This document shows, piece by piece, positions 49,337-63,099 of a stretch of 64,000 nt of DNA. The position numbers and the translations under genes are program-made. The notes below the pieces were generated by a model. The model was not told where the DNA came from and made no database searches. It was given only the letters and a program-made list of their open reading frames with translations. The DNA is from Camelus dromedarius (taxonomy: Eukaryota): contig NC_087437.1 in the NCBI RefSeq assembly GCF_036321535.1, positions 12,960,001-13,024,000 on the forward strand, given 5' to 3'. Position 1 is the first letter of the stretch. Every line of letters starts with the position of its first letter.

Positions 49337-49599
49337 GTTAATGATAAAATACTGGGTCCCCAGTTGACTGGTTTAGGGTTGAAGCTTGGATCTCAGTCCC
49401 AAAGGAGAAGCAGTGTAGATGCTGTGGATAAGGGGCATGGTAGAAGGCCAGGCAGGCAAGCCTAGTGGGCTCTGGAGGCTGTGTCCTGACTGCCCATAGG
49501 CGCCCCCAGCGCCCCATTCGACATCCCCATCACCATAAGCAAGACGGGAGGCTCAGTACCAGTCACCACTGGAGGAGTACTGACTCTCACATCGTCAAG

Positions 49600-50070
49600 C
49601 GTGGACTGGCTTGAATGCTGGATTGTGTTTTCAACTCTGCGCAATCACCACTCCCTTCTACGACTGGGGTCTCTGTTTCCTAGGATTCCTCTTCCTTTCT
49701 GGTTCCAGGTTAGACTTTACCACTGAGGAGAACTTGCAGAGATTTGGAAAGAAAGGTGAGGGAGAAGCCAGGGTTCTTGGGAGATACCGACTATCAAACG
49801 TGGCAGTTTTGCAGACTTTCCCCACCCAGCTCCCTCTGAGGCGGTGGGACCAGATGTACTGGCTCCTCAGAGACCCCCATGACCTCAGCTTTCTCCACCC
49901 ACTCCACTACTTCAAGCTGAAGTTAGTAGTGGCTGTTTTCTTAGTCCTCTGGCCGTATCCCGCAGATCTTCCCTCCTCCAGTGCCTTCCACATTCTCATA
50001 AGCCATGATTCATGTAGCAAACTTTTATAATGTTGTAGTCACTCTGTTTTGCTGATCATACTCAGAATGA
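49600..50070 (+). mobile_element. Old ERV-L LTR (LTR40/41-like)
   Basis: ttcctttctggttccaggttagactttaccactgaggagaacttgcagagatttggaaagaaaggtgagggagaagccagggtt. Confidence 0.5.
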
Positions 50071-50117
50071 TACAGTCTATTATTCATTTTCTGCCTGGCT
50101 GCTGCTTGATTCTCTAG

Positions 50118-50439
50118 AGGAGTTGGAAAACTTTGTCTTAAAAGACAATGGTAAATATTTTAGCTTTTGTGAGCCATTTGGTCTCTGTTGCAACTACTCA
50201 ACTCTGCTGTTGTAGCATGAAAACAGCCATAAAAACCCCAGGATGACTGAGTGTGGCTGTGGTCCCACAAAACTTTACTGGCACTGAAATTTGAATTTTA
50301 TATGATTTTTATATGTGTAATAAAAGGCCATCCTTTTCTTTGGTCTTCTACTATCTAACGACATAAAATCCATTCTTGGCTTGTGAGCTGTATAGAAACC
50401 AGTGGCAACCTGGCTTGGGCTGGAGTCTGCCAACCCCTG
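50118..50439 (+). mobile_element. hAT-Charlie MITE, MER58B-like
   Basis: gtctctgttgcaactactcaactctgctgttgtagcatgaaaacagccata...tgccaacccctg, with NTCTAGNN-type flanks ctctagag/atctagtg. Confidence 0.85.
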
Positions 50440-52007
50440 ATCTAGTGGAGGGGCACGGAGTCACCCAGCTCTGCACATAAGCCTTTGCTTGCCACTTACC
50501 GTGTGACTGATGCCGGGCAATATATTTAATCTCTGAGCCTCCCTTCTAAAATGGGGGAATTTACATCGACATCAGAGAGTAGGGTTGGTTGTGAAGATTA
50601 AATAACACATGTGAAATCTTTAGTTGGCTGGTGGGCACCGAGTTCTATCATTTATCACCTTTACTGTGGCTCTGGGAGCCGTAATTTGGTGTTTGCAATT
50701 CACTCACACAGTTAAAAGGGAACTGAGGGGTTTTGCAGCCAACGGGACTTATACTGGCTTTTCCACAGGCAAGGTGAGACGACATCTAGGCAAAGGAACA
50801 ATGAGAGAAATCTTAAGGCTTTGCAAATTGTCCACCGTACTTGAATTCGATATAAGAACGCTGATAAAGAGTGCTGGTCAGTTATGAAGTCACTGATCAG
50901 GTGGTTCCTAGGGAGTCCTTCTGGCCCAGCCGTGGCAATTAGCAACAAGAACACCGTGACTGGAAAGCTTGAAACAGCAGAGAAACAGACAACTTCAACT
51001 TCGATATAGGAGTGTGTGTAAGTGGTGGGACGTGGGTGATATTTAATTTCTTGGTGTGTTTATTTCTCTTCAAATGATGCTGCAGACAAGTTTTTTCAAA
51101 ACTAGAAACACTTTAATACCAGACTGAGTAAACATCATGTTATAAAATACACAGGCGCACTTTAAAAAAAAAAAAAGTATAAAAAACACCCTAAAGTGTT
51201 CAAAGTCATTTGGCTGCTACTTATCTTTTAGTGTCCATCTCACATGTCACCTCCTGTAAGAGGATTTTCTTATCGAAAATATGCAAAATCGCCCTCCAGC
51301 TCCATCCCTTAATTAGCGTGTCTCATTGCTCTATCTTCTTTTCTTCGTCACAATTTTTACTGTCAGATAATATTTGTGTACCTGCTTATGGTCCATCTTT
51401 CTCCCACTAAAATGTGAGTTTTGCGAGAGGCCCCCTCCCTCTGTCTCCCTGTGACTCAGGATGGCATTTCTGACTGACAGGCTGCCCCTTCCTTTGCCAG
51501 TCAAGGAAGAAATGAAAGCATCAGTGATCTTGAAGGTCAGACTAGCTGCAGCTTCTGCTGGGCCAGCAGTCTTCTTGGTGCCTGGCTGTATTCATTTTTT
51601 TTTTTTTCCCCTGCTAACTTTTAAGGAGAAGAAAACATCTGGAAAATTGTCCTGACCACAGAAAATTAAAAAAGATTACTTAGCTCAAGGCAGATGGTAC
51701 TGTCAAGTCCCATCACCTGGAGGTGACAATCCAGCTGACAGCGAGGGTAATTGTCAAAATATTTAAAGACTATCCAGGCTGTTTACTTCACATTGTATCT
51801 TCATCCCTGCCAAATTTATAATTCAGTCAGCAGACAACCGATTGACTTTCCCCTGTGTACCTATAGGAACCCTTTCTCCACTAGAATTGAGAGTGAGCCT
51901 CAGTGCTAGGTCCTGTCCATAGGTCCAAAATAGGAAGGTTTTCCTGGAAAGTCTTTTTAAGATCACCACACCTTAGGAAGTAAGATACTTTTAAAATACA
52001 GTTTTCG

Positions 52008-52168
52008 GTGGGGAGGGTGTAGCTCAGTGGTAGAGCGTGTGCTTAGCATGCAGGAGGTCCTGGGTTCAATCCCCAGTACCTCCATTAAAATAAATAAATA
52101 AACCTAATTACCTCCTTTTTCAAAAAATAAATAAAATAAAAATAAAATAAATAAATCTATTAAAAAAA
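52008..52168 (+). mobile_element. Full-length Vic-1-like tRNA-derived SINE
   Basis: gggagggtgtagctcagtggtagagcg (A box)...gggttcaatccc (B box)...taaacctaattacctcc plus an A tail. Degenerate TSD aaaatacagttttc/agatataggtttc. Confidence 0.92.
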
Positions 52169-52849
52169 AAGATATAGGTTTCAGTGAGTACCTTTAGCAA
52201 TGGACTTGTTGGAAGCCCTAATCTGCTTTTCTTCCAAAGAGCTGTGTCTTACTACCTTTAAAATCATCTTGCACTGTCCTGCTGATATCCTGGAAATGAG
52301 GCAGGATGGTGAGAAACATGAGGCATTTTGCCTTGCTGACCAATGCATTTGGTTGCTGAATTACAAGAAGGAAGTCCGTCCCAAGTTCAGTTTTTAATAT
52401 AGATTAACTCATAAGTATAGATGAATCTTAGTTGCTTTTCAGCAGAAGACACACCATTTATTACCTTTTGGCCTTCACACATTCCTGGGCTGTGGACATC
52501 TTTCTGGTGTCTATAAGCTGATTTTCTTTTTTGTTTTGTGTTTTGCTCAGATAAAACAGGCCTACATTTTATATGCTGTTTGTTTCCAAATAATAAATAT
52601 CTCTTGAAATCTCAAAGCTACTCATATCCCATGAAGGAGATGGTCTTATACCAAGAGGGATATAAAGGAAGTTGATATTTTGAGACTGACTAATAAGGAC
52701 TGGCTTAGACCATATTTTATTCTATGACCAGAGAGCAAGACCACAGCTTAAAAATGGAGCCATTATAATATCTCTTGGAAAAGTCTTAATTTACAGAATA
52801 CTCTAGCCCCCAAAGTCTGGAAAATCATGTTTTCCTTTCAGACTTGTTT

Positions 52850-53403
52850 TGTTAGAGAAGGCATACAGCTAGATGTAAGCAGAGAAAGGGAGGGGCACAG
52901 GCCAAATGGCAGGAAACCATACATGTTGTGAACAACAGGGGTCCTTGAGCAGACAGAGAAAAGCAAGAACCTCCAGATTGGTAAGAGATCACAGATTTTG
53001 GGGTAAAAATGCAGGAATCTCCAGTGTCCAAATGTAACTTTCTGATTATTATGCCCTCATTTCAATAAAATTAGCCTTGCAGATTAGAAGTACCCATCAT
53101 GCACCGAGGCCATGACACTTCTGATCCAGACTAAACAAGGACCAAAATCCCCCCTCCTCTTGGGAAGATGGACCTGGAGTGAAAATCAGAAAATATGATC
53201 CCAACCCCTCCCCAGTAAATATTCCTCCCATTCATTTTTACACCCCATATAACCAGCTTGTCAAAGAAACTCAGGGAAGCTACTCACCTGAGTCTGCCCA
53301 CTCTCGCCTGAGAGCATACTATCACTTAATACTTATTTCTTGAACTCCGAGTCTCATCTCTGAATTCTTTCTGCAATGAGACGAGAAGCAATCTCTGGCA
53401 ACA
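52850..53403 (+). mobile_element. ERV1-class solo LTR
   Basis: TGTT...AACA termini, TSD gttt/gatt, TATAA at 53248, and a tctgaattctttctgcaatgagacgagaa U5-like motif. Confidence 0.72.
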
Positions 53404-53989
53404 GATTCAGTTGAGTAAGTGTCATTTTAAGAGCAAAACTGTAGGGTCGGACTGACTGGGCCTAAAGCAATCTCATTTTTTTTATCACTTTATTTTACAG
53501 TCTTATTGTCCAAAAAAGCTTCTCTTCTTCTATTAAGAAGTATTACTTAAAAAGATTGTGGTGTTAATATTACACATTTTCCTGCAGGAATTTACCTTTC
53601 TTCATAGTAGTCTCTGAAGCTAGATGTCTGGGGTTTTTTTGTTGTTGTTGTTTTCCCACCTTTCTGACTTGACAAGCAGAAAGCTAAAATGCTCAGAGGC
53701 CAACAATTTTGTAAAATCTCATGGTCCAAAGAATCTCAAACCAAAGGTTGGAGCTCTGGCTTCACAGTCTACCCATCCTCCCTACCTCTCATGAAGCAGC
53801 AGCTCCCTGTTTTCTCCAAACACTCCCAAGAAGAGTTCATCCTTGAAAATATGAAGTCAAAACTTGTGCTTTCCACATCAGTATTTCTTTTATTTAAAAA
53901 AAAAATCCTTAATTTAATTTTCCCTTTACCTATATTCCTAGTCATTCAACACGGTATTTTCTTTTGTTTTGATGTAAATAATAATGAAA

Positions 53990-54768
53990 AGTTGTTTTAA
54001 AAATATCAAGAGCTCACTGAAGTTTGATAAGCCCAGAGCAAAGTGAAAACTAGAATTGAGGGCGTTTGAGTAAATTTGGGAGTTGCTCAAGGCCATTCCA
54101 TCTGTGATGCTGGGACCGGTTGAGTCTACAACTGCTAGCCTAAGAGAGGGAATGAGGAGGCTGGCCAAAGCCTGGGACCCGGGGGAAATGGAACATGAAG
54201 CCATCATCACTTATGGATGAGGGCTCCCACTTTGCCTTCTCTGTGTGGCATGAGAACTCCTTACTGAATGATTTACCTAGAAAATAATCAGACACTGAGA
54301 AACCCTAGAGCAACAGTAGAGACAGACATGAAGGTGACACCTGAGGAAGCACCTCAGCCCAGGTTATGTGGGAACCCCTTGGAAAACAGCTTCTACTTCC
54401 ATGTTGGAAAGAGAAGTTATGAAAATCAGCAAATCAGACCAACTGCAAACTCACACCTCAGTAACCATAAATTACAGAACAACAAAGAAGATATTCCCAA
54501 GAAAGAATGAATATTATGGAAAAAAAAAAGAAAATTTGGCAAAGAACAAATAGAACATTTTTGAAATGCTAAATAGACACTTTGAAGTAACTTTCATGTA
54601 CAGGTAACATAGAAGAATATAGAGAGCTGAAAATAGAGTTTGAAGAAATGCTGTAGAAATCACTCAGAAGACGCACTGAGAGGGAAGGGAGTGAAGACAC
54701 AAAGGAGCGCGCAGAGGTGTGAAGGTAACAGGAGACACTTCAGCAGGATAATCACATGGAACAGTGCA

Positions 54769-54799
<31 letters not shown>

Positions 54800-57700
54800 C
54801 AAAAACCACTAGAGAGGCCATCCTTGAAGTCACAATGGAAAGAACTTCTCAGAATTGAGAAAAGTTCAATTAGTCTTAAGACTAAAGTAGCATAAAAATT
54901 CTTGAATAGGAAAACGAAAAAAATTCACACCCAGATATAACATAATGAAAAAGGAAAACTTCAAAAACAGAAAGATTTTTAAAAAACTCTCACTAAGCCA
55001 GATCGACCATGAAATCTCAATAGTCAGACTGAAAACAAATCATTCATCATCAGAAAAGTATCCATAAGACTGTTATAAAATATGGTCTTCTGAGTTATGA
55101 TGGAGAATAATGTGTGTCTGGAACTCTACACTGAGCTAAACTGTCATTCAAACTATAAAGGTGGACAAGACTACTACTTACAGACCATTCCAGAATCAAA
55201 ACAATGTAAGACAAACAAAATGATGAAAACTAATAATGGAGGTGCTTTAGGAAGGAAATTAAACCCAGAAGAAGGTATACGATGCAAAAAGCAAGGGCGA
55301 ACAAGACGTCGGTAAGCATGTTGGTAATACGAAATAAATATTAGCTATACAAATAATAACATTAATTTGGGAGAAACATTCGAAAACAAAGTAAATGTGA
55401 ACTCTTGGCCGCAATGTGGATGGCAGGGACAGGAGTTCACAGTTACAGCTTTCTAATTTTCTTGTTTTGTTTGGGGAAGAGAATAGAAATGTTGATTAAT
55501 TTAAAGCTTACGTAGATAAGCACATTGTAAAATTAAGAGCAGTCACTGACAAGATAGAAGCAGAATATATAAACTCTTGACTAGAAGAAGAATTACAAGG
55601 GACTAAGACAGCAGGACAGACATGCTGTCACTTACAGTGGGACAAGCAGATGTGCTCTACCCGTGAAGTGATGAGAAGTATGTGGAAGGGTCCTTACATG
55701 AAATAATGTTCATATAGGAAGAAACATTGCCTGAAAGTGGTCAACCTGAGTGCACTTTTGCCTTAAAACAATTTCCAGTTTTTTTGAAATATGGGGATAG
55801 AGAAACTAGTTCACTAGCATAGAAGGGAAGCAAATGGAACATAGGGCATTCTATGAGAAAACTGACCTTGGGTCTTGGGGAAAGATAGACGTGGAAAAAA
55901 AACAAGAAAGAGAGATTACTCTAGATTAAAAGGCCAACGAAGCGTCATATGTGAGCCTTGTTAAGAGCCTCATTTGAACAAACCAATTGTAAAAAGTCAT
56001 TTTTAAGGTAACTGGGAAAATTAAGGGTAAACTGGAATCAGATAATACCAGGGACATTGTGTTAGTTTTATTAGAAGGGCAAACGGTCTGGTAGATATGC
56101 AAGAAAATGTTTGTATTTTTGGAGTTGCCTTGAAAGTAAGCGAAAGTAAAATGACTTGAGGTGTGGGATTTGTTATAAAATACTTTAGAAAAAGAGAAAA
56201 AGGAATAGATGAAGCAAGTGTGGCAAATCTTGCTAATTAACAATTGAATTTGGGTCATGTACATAATAGATTTAGTTATCTCAGGCTCTATACTTTGGTG
56301 TATGTGTGACCAGCTTTAATCATCAATATTTAAAATAATATTTTAACTTATAAAGTATGAAAATAAAGGGATGGAAAATCACATAGTAGGCAAATACTAG
56401 TAAAAAATAGTTTAAAATGTTTATATTATCTAAATTAGAATTTAACAGAAAAATGCTAGTAATGAGGGTTATATAACTGAAAAATAACAACAGGCTGAAA
56501 AATTGTATGGATTTGTATTCATTAAACAACACAAACTCCAAATGTATAAAGCCAACAACTGACAAAATTACAAGGAGAAATTTTAATCTATTACCTGGAG
56601 GAAGTTTGTAACACATCCATTTCTAAAACTTAACAAGTCATGGCTGTGAAAAATTGTGATGGATGTTTAAGATTCTAGTAACAGATTTAACAAACTGCTA
56701 ATAACAATATATGGTTTCTATCCCCAATATAATAGGCTTTTTAAACACACAGGTACATTCATAAAAATTGGCTACAATGGAAGTTTCAATGACACTCAAA
56801 GAATCTATATCATGTACATCATGCTCCCTGAGTACAAAGGAATAAGACTAGAAATGAATAATAGAAAGACCATAGAAATCCACGTTTTTGAGCACGAGAC
56901 TGCACTTGTAAATAATCGTGTGCTTAGAAAATTCCAACGGAAAATTTGAAATGTTTACAATGAAATGCAAATAAAGTATTTCATATCAAAACTTGTGGGA
57001 AATAGCTAACCAGATGATTGAGATGACCCACAAAAACTCAAAAGAGAATGTTTGAAATACTCATGCAATTGGCAGAAAGATAGAAAGTGTGAAGAAACAA
57101 CTTCAGAAGTCAAAAGGGAGCAGAGCTACAGAGAAGGTCTTTATATTAAAAAACCATGTGATATTGAATCATTTTGTGCCAACATTTTTAATAACTCTGA
57201 GGCAATAGACACATTTTTAGAAAAACAGGTTGCCAAGGTTGACTCAAAGGGAAGTGAAGATTAATCAAATAACCATTAAAGGGACTGAACTGGACTCTAA
57301 ATTCCCTCCTCCTTCCGCCTTTGTCTAACGGTACCAACCACAGAAGGTTTTGTTTCCCTGAACTTTCAAGAATAATTCCCTCTTAATATAAAACTAATTT
57401 TAAGCTCATATAAACATTACCAAAATTGGACAGACTGTGCACAAAAAAGATAACCTAGTTTATTCAGAGATGAAAAAATTCTAAATAAGATAAGAAAAAT
57501 CAAACCTAGCAGTATATGACATTCTGACCAAACACAGTTTATCCCAAGAATGCAAGGTAGCTTAACTGTAAAAATTCCATTAATGTTGCACATCTACAGA
57601 GCACCCTGAAGGGGGGAAAAAGTGATCATCTTCAAAAATGCTGCTAAAATGTACAAATATCCATGATTAAAAATTCTTAGCAGCTAAAAAGTACTTCCTT

Positions 57701-58870
57701 TACTTGAAAAAAGATTATCAAAAATTCAAACATATGAGAAGATAATAATTAAGGCAGATAATGTAGACAATTTTCCATTAAAATTAGGAATAAAATAAAG
57801 ATGCCTCTATCATTGTTATTATTTATGGGTCCTGGTGGTCCTACTCAATGCAATAGGGTAAGAAAAAGAAATTGGAAGTGTAAGGAGGAGAGAAAACTAC
57901 CAGATGCGTGGCTAGCAAGATTGTTCAGTGAGAAAATCTAGCAGATGTACTGACAGTGTATTGAAACTATTAAGAATGTTCAGGAAGTTTTCTGGATTCC
58001 AACCAATATTTTAAAATCAGCAGTTTTACAATATTCTAGGAAAAACCAATAAGAAATAGAGTGAAATGACCCTAATCATAATAGCAAGAATACTGGGAGT
58101 ATTTTAGGAACATGGGGCAAGCCCTCTATGCAGAAAATGATAAAATTTATTCAAGGGCATAAACAAGTTCTGAGTATATAGGAAAATATATTCATAGAGG
58201 GGAAGAGTCAATGTATATGTGAAAGTTCAAAGCAATTCCCCTAAAAATTACAATAGATTGTGTGTGTGTGTGTGTTTGTATGGAACTTGACAAGTGGTTC
58301 TTGTTATTCATATGGACGGGTAAAGGGCCAGGAATAACCTGTATAGTTTTAAAGAAAAAGTGAGAGGCATCTTGATGTACCAAATATCAAGGTTTTTTAA
58401 AGAGATTTTGAAATTAAGACAATGTGATATTTGTGAAGTATCTCTGAAATAGATCAAAGGAGCAAAGTAGAGAAGCCAGAAACACATCCATGCATGAGTG
58501 GGAACTTGGTAGTAGGAGAGAAGCCATTGTCCACCACTGGCAAAAAAAAGGAAATGTGCTATAAACCATATGAAGACAAAAGTTCCTAAAAACAAAAAGT
58601 ACGCCTTGTGGGATAAAAAGGAGAATATTATTGTGAGCGCAGCGTTGCGACTGATATTTTCACTGGATCTAAAATGCAAACAAAAATCAGAAGGAAATTA
58701 TTGATACGTTTGACCAGATTAAAACTTTAAAAATGTGTGACAAAAGATATTATATGCAATTTAAAAAAGTAATACGAGACCAAGAGGATATATATCTGAA
58801 AAAGGAAACATTTTCAGAACGTATAAAGAATTAAGGAGAAAAGAAAAAGTTGGTAAAGGATATGAATCTT
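53990..58870 (+). mobile_element. Very old L1 (L1ME-like 5' region, ORF1, ORF2) with an L1MC4/5-like 3' end nested at ~55600-56335
   Basis: A-rich plus strand with decayed L1 motifs: atggaaagaacttctcagaattgag (ORF1), catatcaaaacttgtggga, tttatcccaagaatgcaagg, aaattaggaataaaataaagatgcctctatca. Confidence 0.75.
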
Positions 58871-58967
58871 ACAGGTAAATTTCAAACCCTTGGTTAGCGT
58901 TTTACCATTAACATTATAAGGTATCATTCCGTACCTTACTGTTTCCATTTATTCCTAATGTCAGTTA

Positions 58968-59182
58968 CAGGTCTCCCCCACTATTCGAAAGTAGAGCGTT
59001 CCTGTGAACCCGTTTGTGAGCCGTAAGCTGAAATGGGGTAGAGTGCTTGCATTCACTCAGGGAAAGAAATCTGAAGAGGATTTTTGCTTCATGAAAAGGA
59101 GCCATTACCATCCTAATTAATACAGTTCTTTCATAAAAGTGAAATAGCCTAATTCGAACTTTCAGAAAGTGGGGGATACCTG
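58968..59182. mobile_element. TcMar-Tigger-type MITE (215 bp)
   Basis: 24-bp TIRs CAGGTCTCCCCCACTATTCGAAAG / CAGGTATCCCCCACTTTCTGAAAG (20/24 identical), flanked by TA on both sides. Confidence 0.88.
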
Positions 59183-60359
59183 TATATGAAATTAAAATCA
59201 CCCCCCCCAAATCTATATATTGTTCGTATGATTCACATATGAATCGAAAGCATAAACACGTGGACTTAAAGGCGCCTCGCCTCCTTGAAAAGAGCAGTGT
59301 TCTGGAGGAAAGGAGAGAGAAATAAATCTAGGTAGAACCACAGGGCATAATTGAACAGAATCCGTAAGTTTTAATCCTGAAAGGATAAAAGATCTGAAGC
59401 AGAAAAAAATCAAAATTAAAAACTGACACTGCCTCTGAGTTAATAAAATGTTACTATAAGGCCATATTTGAGGAGTAGCAATCTAAAGCCAGGTTTGAAG
59501 TCTTTGATTCTGAAGTTAGATCTCAAGCCACATCTCAAAACTCGCCAGGCTGCCTGTAACCTGCGGGCCATAGGTTGCATTTTTCTCTCATTGGCTCAGG
59601 TCTCTACCTACATGAACTAGGTCTGTGAACTAGGTCCCCTTCTTCTTGTTGGGGCTGGTCTGGTCTGTACAGTTCTCATGGGGCCAAGGCAAAATGCAGG
59701 AGTGCCTCTTATTGGTAGTCATGAGTGTATGAAGGCAGAGAATCCATGTCAATGCTATTAAAAGACCACCACGTGAATGTGAATGGCATTACGTCATTGG
59801 GAGTGGCGTAGGGTCAGAGTTGGAAGAGAATGTCCAAACTTATTACACACCAACAAGGAAAGACTGGGATGGGTTTAGAGAGCCATAGAAGTTCTCCAGG
59901 ATCAAGAAGCAGCAGGTAGAGGTGAGAGTGTGGATGGAGACCTCAAATAATACTGGGTTTCAGCCCTGTCTGTACCTGGTGGCATGGTGCAAGGGCCCGC
60001 ATCCATTCACAAGGTCTGGAGTAGAATGAATACCTCTTCTCCTAGCCTGGCCTTCTATTCTGCGAGGTGGGAGCAGGGCTAAAATTTTCTCAAGTTTTCT
60101 TTGTTCCAGGACTTGAAAGGTTTAAGCCATTTTAGCATATTCAGGAAGCAGAAGGCAGGTTTCCTCTCTAGACCTCTCAGCTGCCATCCTTTCTGGAACT
60201 AGTCACGGTGTTTACAAGACTCTGGTACTTCTTTCACAACTTTCTCCGAGGCATCACCGAACATGGATGGGGTCCGATGCTGGTGTGAGGGGGAGAGCTT
60301 TGTTGAGCAGGCAAGGTGCAGCAGGGAATGGCTGCAGAGATAAAAGAGGAGACAATGGA

Positions 60360-60655
60360 GTGATGGTTTGAGTTGGAAGGCTATGGATTTGACCACTTAA
60401 GCTACTTAAAACAGCTGCAGCCCAGGCGGTGGCATGAACGCCCCTCTTGGATATGATCCTGTACCCTTGGTTGTTAGACCCCTCATACTGTCCCGTGGAG
60501 TATCTGCAGATCAGTATTCTAGCCACAGCCGGCAGTTGGGCATGGTCTTCTTTGGGAACGTACAACCAGATGTACTTCCCAAGCAAAGACTTACTTTCCT
60601 TGGTTAAGATGGAAGAGACTTGAACAGGATATTTGTTGAGCTGTGTTGGAGAAAG
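60360..60655 (+). mobile_element. Possible highly decayed ERV-L pol fragment
   Basis: LKQLQ..PLGYDP and FPSKDLLS-(11 aa)-LLSC have the same spacing as ERV-L FWSKALPS...QLLAC. Confidence 0.35.
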
Positions 60656-62679
60656 TTTGCCTCAAAGACACTCTTGATCTCTCATTCCCAGGAGCAGTCT
60701 TGGGTGGAGCTGGTCTCTGGAGAAGTTTGGGCAGGTTTGTTGACTTCCCCATCTCCTCCCCGACTCTGGACACCCTAGATTTTTAGGGTGATGGAAATGA
60801 GTGATCCCAGCCAGACTACAGGCACCAACTGAAGGGCACCTGACTTTCCAGACCTTGCTCTTGAGTCTGAGAATTTCCTTCTAAGCACTGAGCCTGGAGC
60901 AGAACTCAGATACAATGTGAGCATATCACTATATGACACATGGCTTGACTCTGACGCCAACCAGAGTCAGCAGCAGCAAGACGTATGCAGAACCTGGGGT
61001 GTGTTCTCAGCCCCGTTGCAAGGAGCCATTTTTGTACTCAGTTTAGCTCTCTCCCCATTTTGACATGACTCTTTTCCTTGTAGCATGAACCCCTCCTAGA
61101 CCTTCCTCCTAAGAGAAGCTGTGTGGCTCTGTGTCTAAAAATTCTTTTTATATGTTTTTTTCATTATAACCGCATTTCCGTAAGCTGAGGATCCTACCGT
61201 AATGACAGCTAGAAATGGAATATACCTGGAGCCCTTTAACTGTATGGGGTGATCTTCTTGCGGTTAAAGTGATGTCCCTTTTCTTCCCCTGTTTTGTCTA
61301 TTTCCTACCAGCAGGTCAGGCTCACTTTAATAACAACTTCTTTTAAATTCAGTAATTTAACTCATTTCTTTTGGCTAGACTTACGCCCTTTTCCCAGATT
61401 CTCTTTCTGATTGACATTTCACCCTTACAACATCTTCCCATTTTTACAAGTGCTCTCAAATTTTTATCTTATGAAAAGGATCCCATTTGTGATTTTTTTC
61501 CCCCATCTGTTTTTTCTGTTTGGCTTTTCCTTTGTATGACTTAGCTGCTTTAATACACAACTATCACAGGAACAGCGAGATCCTCTATTATTAAAACTCC
61601 CCACATTGAACCATAGCAACTTGCAACCTCTAATCCTTTCTTTCCAGGGTAATCTCTTCACCAGGCCCAGGTGCTAAATTCAGAAATAACATTGTCCCAC
61701 TGCCAGACAGAGCCGTGACCTATTTTCTCATCCCATTGTTCTAAGGGTTGCCATGTTACCACGTCCTTTGTGATTCACTGGCTGCTCTAATTATAAATCT
61801 GTGCTATTCCTGTAACAGGCACCAAGTCTCAGGGCAGTTCTCCGTGTGCTCCATCCTGGGCAGCCCTTCCTCTAGGGGCCACTTCTCTTCTCTTCTGTGG
61901 GAATGGGGATGTGGGGAAGCACCCACTCCAAGGAGGCTTGCTCTATAAATCCATGTCTAGACTGAAAGAATTCATGTGCAGTTTTTAAATATGTCCCTCC
62001 TGGGGGTAATCCATGACCTAGAATTCCAAATCATTACTCTAACTTCCAGTTGAAGGACTTACTTTCCCTCTCTAATGTAAGCCACGTTACAACCCATTCC
62101 GGATCACTGAGCCCTTTGCTACTTCATCATATTTCCTGGTTTGATCCCAGGACACTCAATGTGGAATCTCTATGAACAGGACCCCACGGCCCTGTAGACC
62201 TCAGTCCATCATGCTCTCCCACAACATCACAGATCATGTAGCCAATTACAAATTACCCCAACAATCAGGGGCACCCTGGGCTACCATGGTTCACTTACAG
62301 AAAACACGACAAGAACCAAACACATTCCCCAGCTCCAGGATTCTCTTTATACTGTGTGTCACCACCATGGGCATTGGACTTCAAATTTAAGAGCTCAGCA
62401 GAATCAAATTCTTGCCAAAACCAGAGAAGAAGTGGATAAATTTTTTTAAAGTATGAATTTGATACCTAATCTTAAATACATTTTTCCTATATATAAGGTG
62501 AAATTTCCCTTTAACCTCCATCCCCAGTTCCAGTACCCAGTTGCCTCCCCAGTTTTAACTACACTCATCTTTTCCTGGTGTATATTTCTAGACCTTTGTC
62601 TATATATCTTCATACTTCAGCATATGACCCATAAATAATAAATAACATCATTCTGTATTTTGCTGTTTTTTTTTTCCCC

Positions 62680-63060
62680 CTTAGCTTGCTAGGGCTGCAA
62701 TGGCAAAATACTGCAGACTGGGTAGCTTAAACGACAGAAATTTATTTTCTCAAACTTCTGAGGACTGAAGTCCAAGATCATAGTTTATTGTCTGCTGAGG
62801 CCTCTCTCCCTGGCTTGCAGATGGCCGCCTTCCTCCTGTGTCCTCACACGGTCCCCTCTCTGTGTGCGCACAACCTTGGTGTCTGTGTGTCCTAATCCCC
62901 TGTTCTTAAAAGGACACCAGTCAGTGTGGGTTAGAGCTCATTTGAACTTAATCACATCTTTAAAAGCTCTACTCTGAATAGCTACATTATGAGGTACTAG
63001 GGGCTAGGGTTTCTTTGTATGAATCTGGGTGGGTGGTGGCACAATTTAACCCTTATTGCA
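62680..63060 (-). mobile_element. MLT1A-like MaLR solo LTR
   Basis: gctagggctgc...cagactgggtagcttaaacgacagaaatttattttctc...ggcttgcagatggccgccttc...aaggacaccagtc. Confidence 0.9.
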
Positions 63061-63099
63061 CACCTCTGCTGATCTTTTCATGTTGGAACATAAAGATTA

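Noticed and set aside
49611..50030. 139-aa ORF
   Set aside because: It coincides with an old ERV-L LTR, has a non-ATG start and shows no homology.
52010..52082. tRNA gene
   Set aside because: The tRNA-like head is followed by a SINE body, A tail and TSD, and recurs four more times in the window.
60254..60586. KEDHAQL resembling bornavirus N (KEDHADL) or a hAT dimerisation motif
   Set aside because: Similarity is limited to a few residues with no flanking support; the opposite strand fits ERV-L Pol slightly better.
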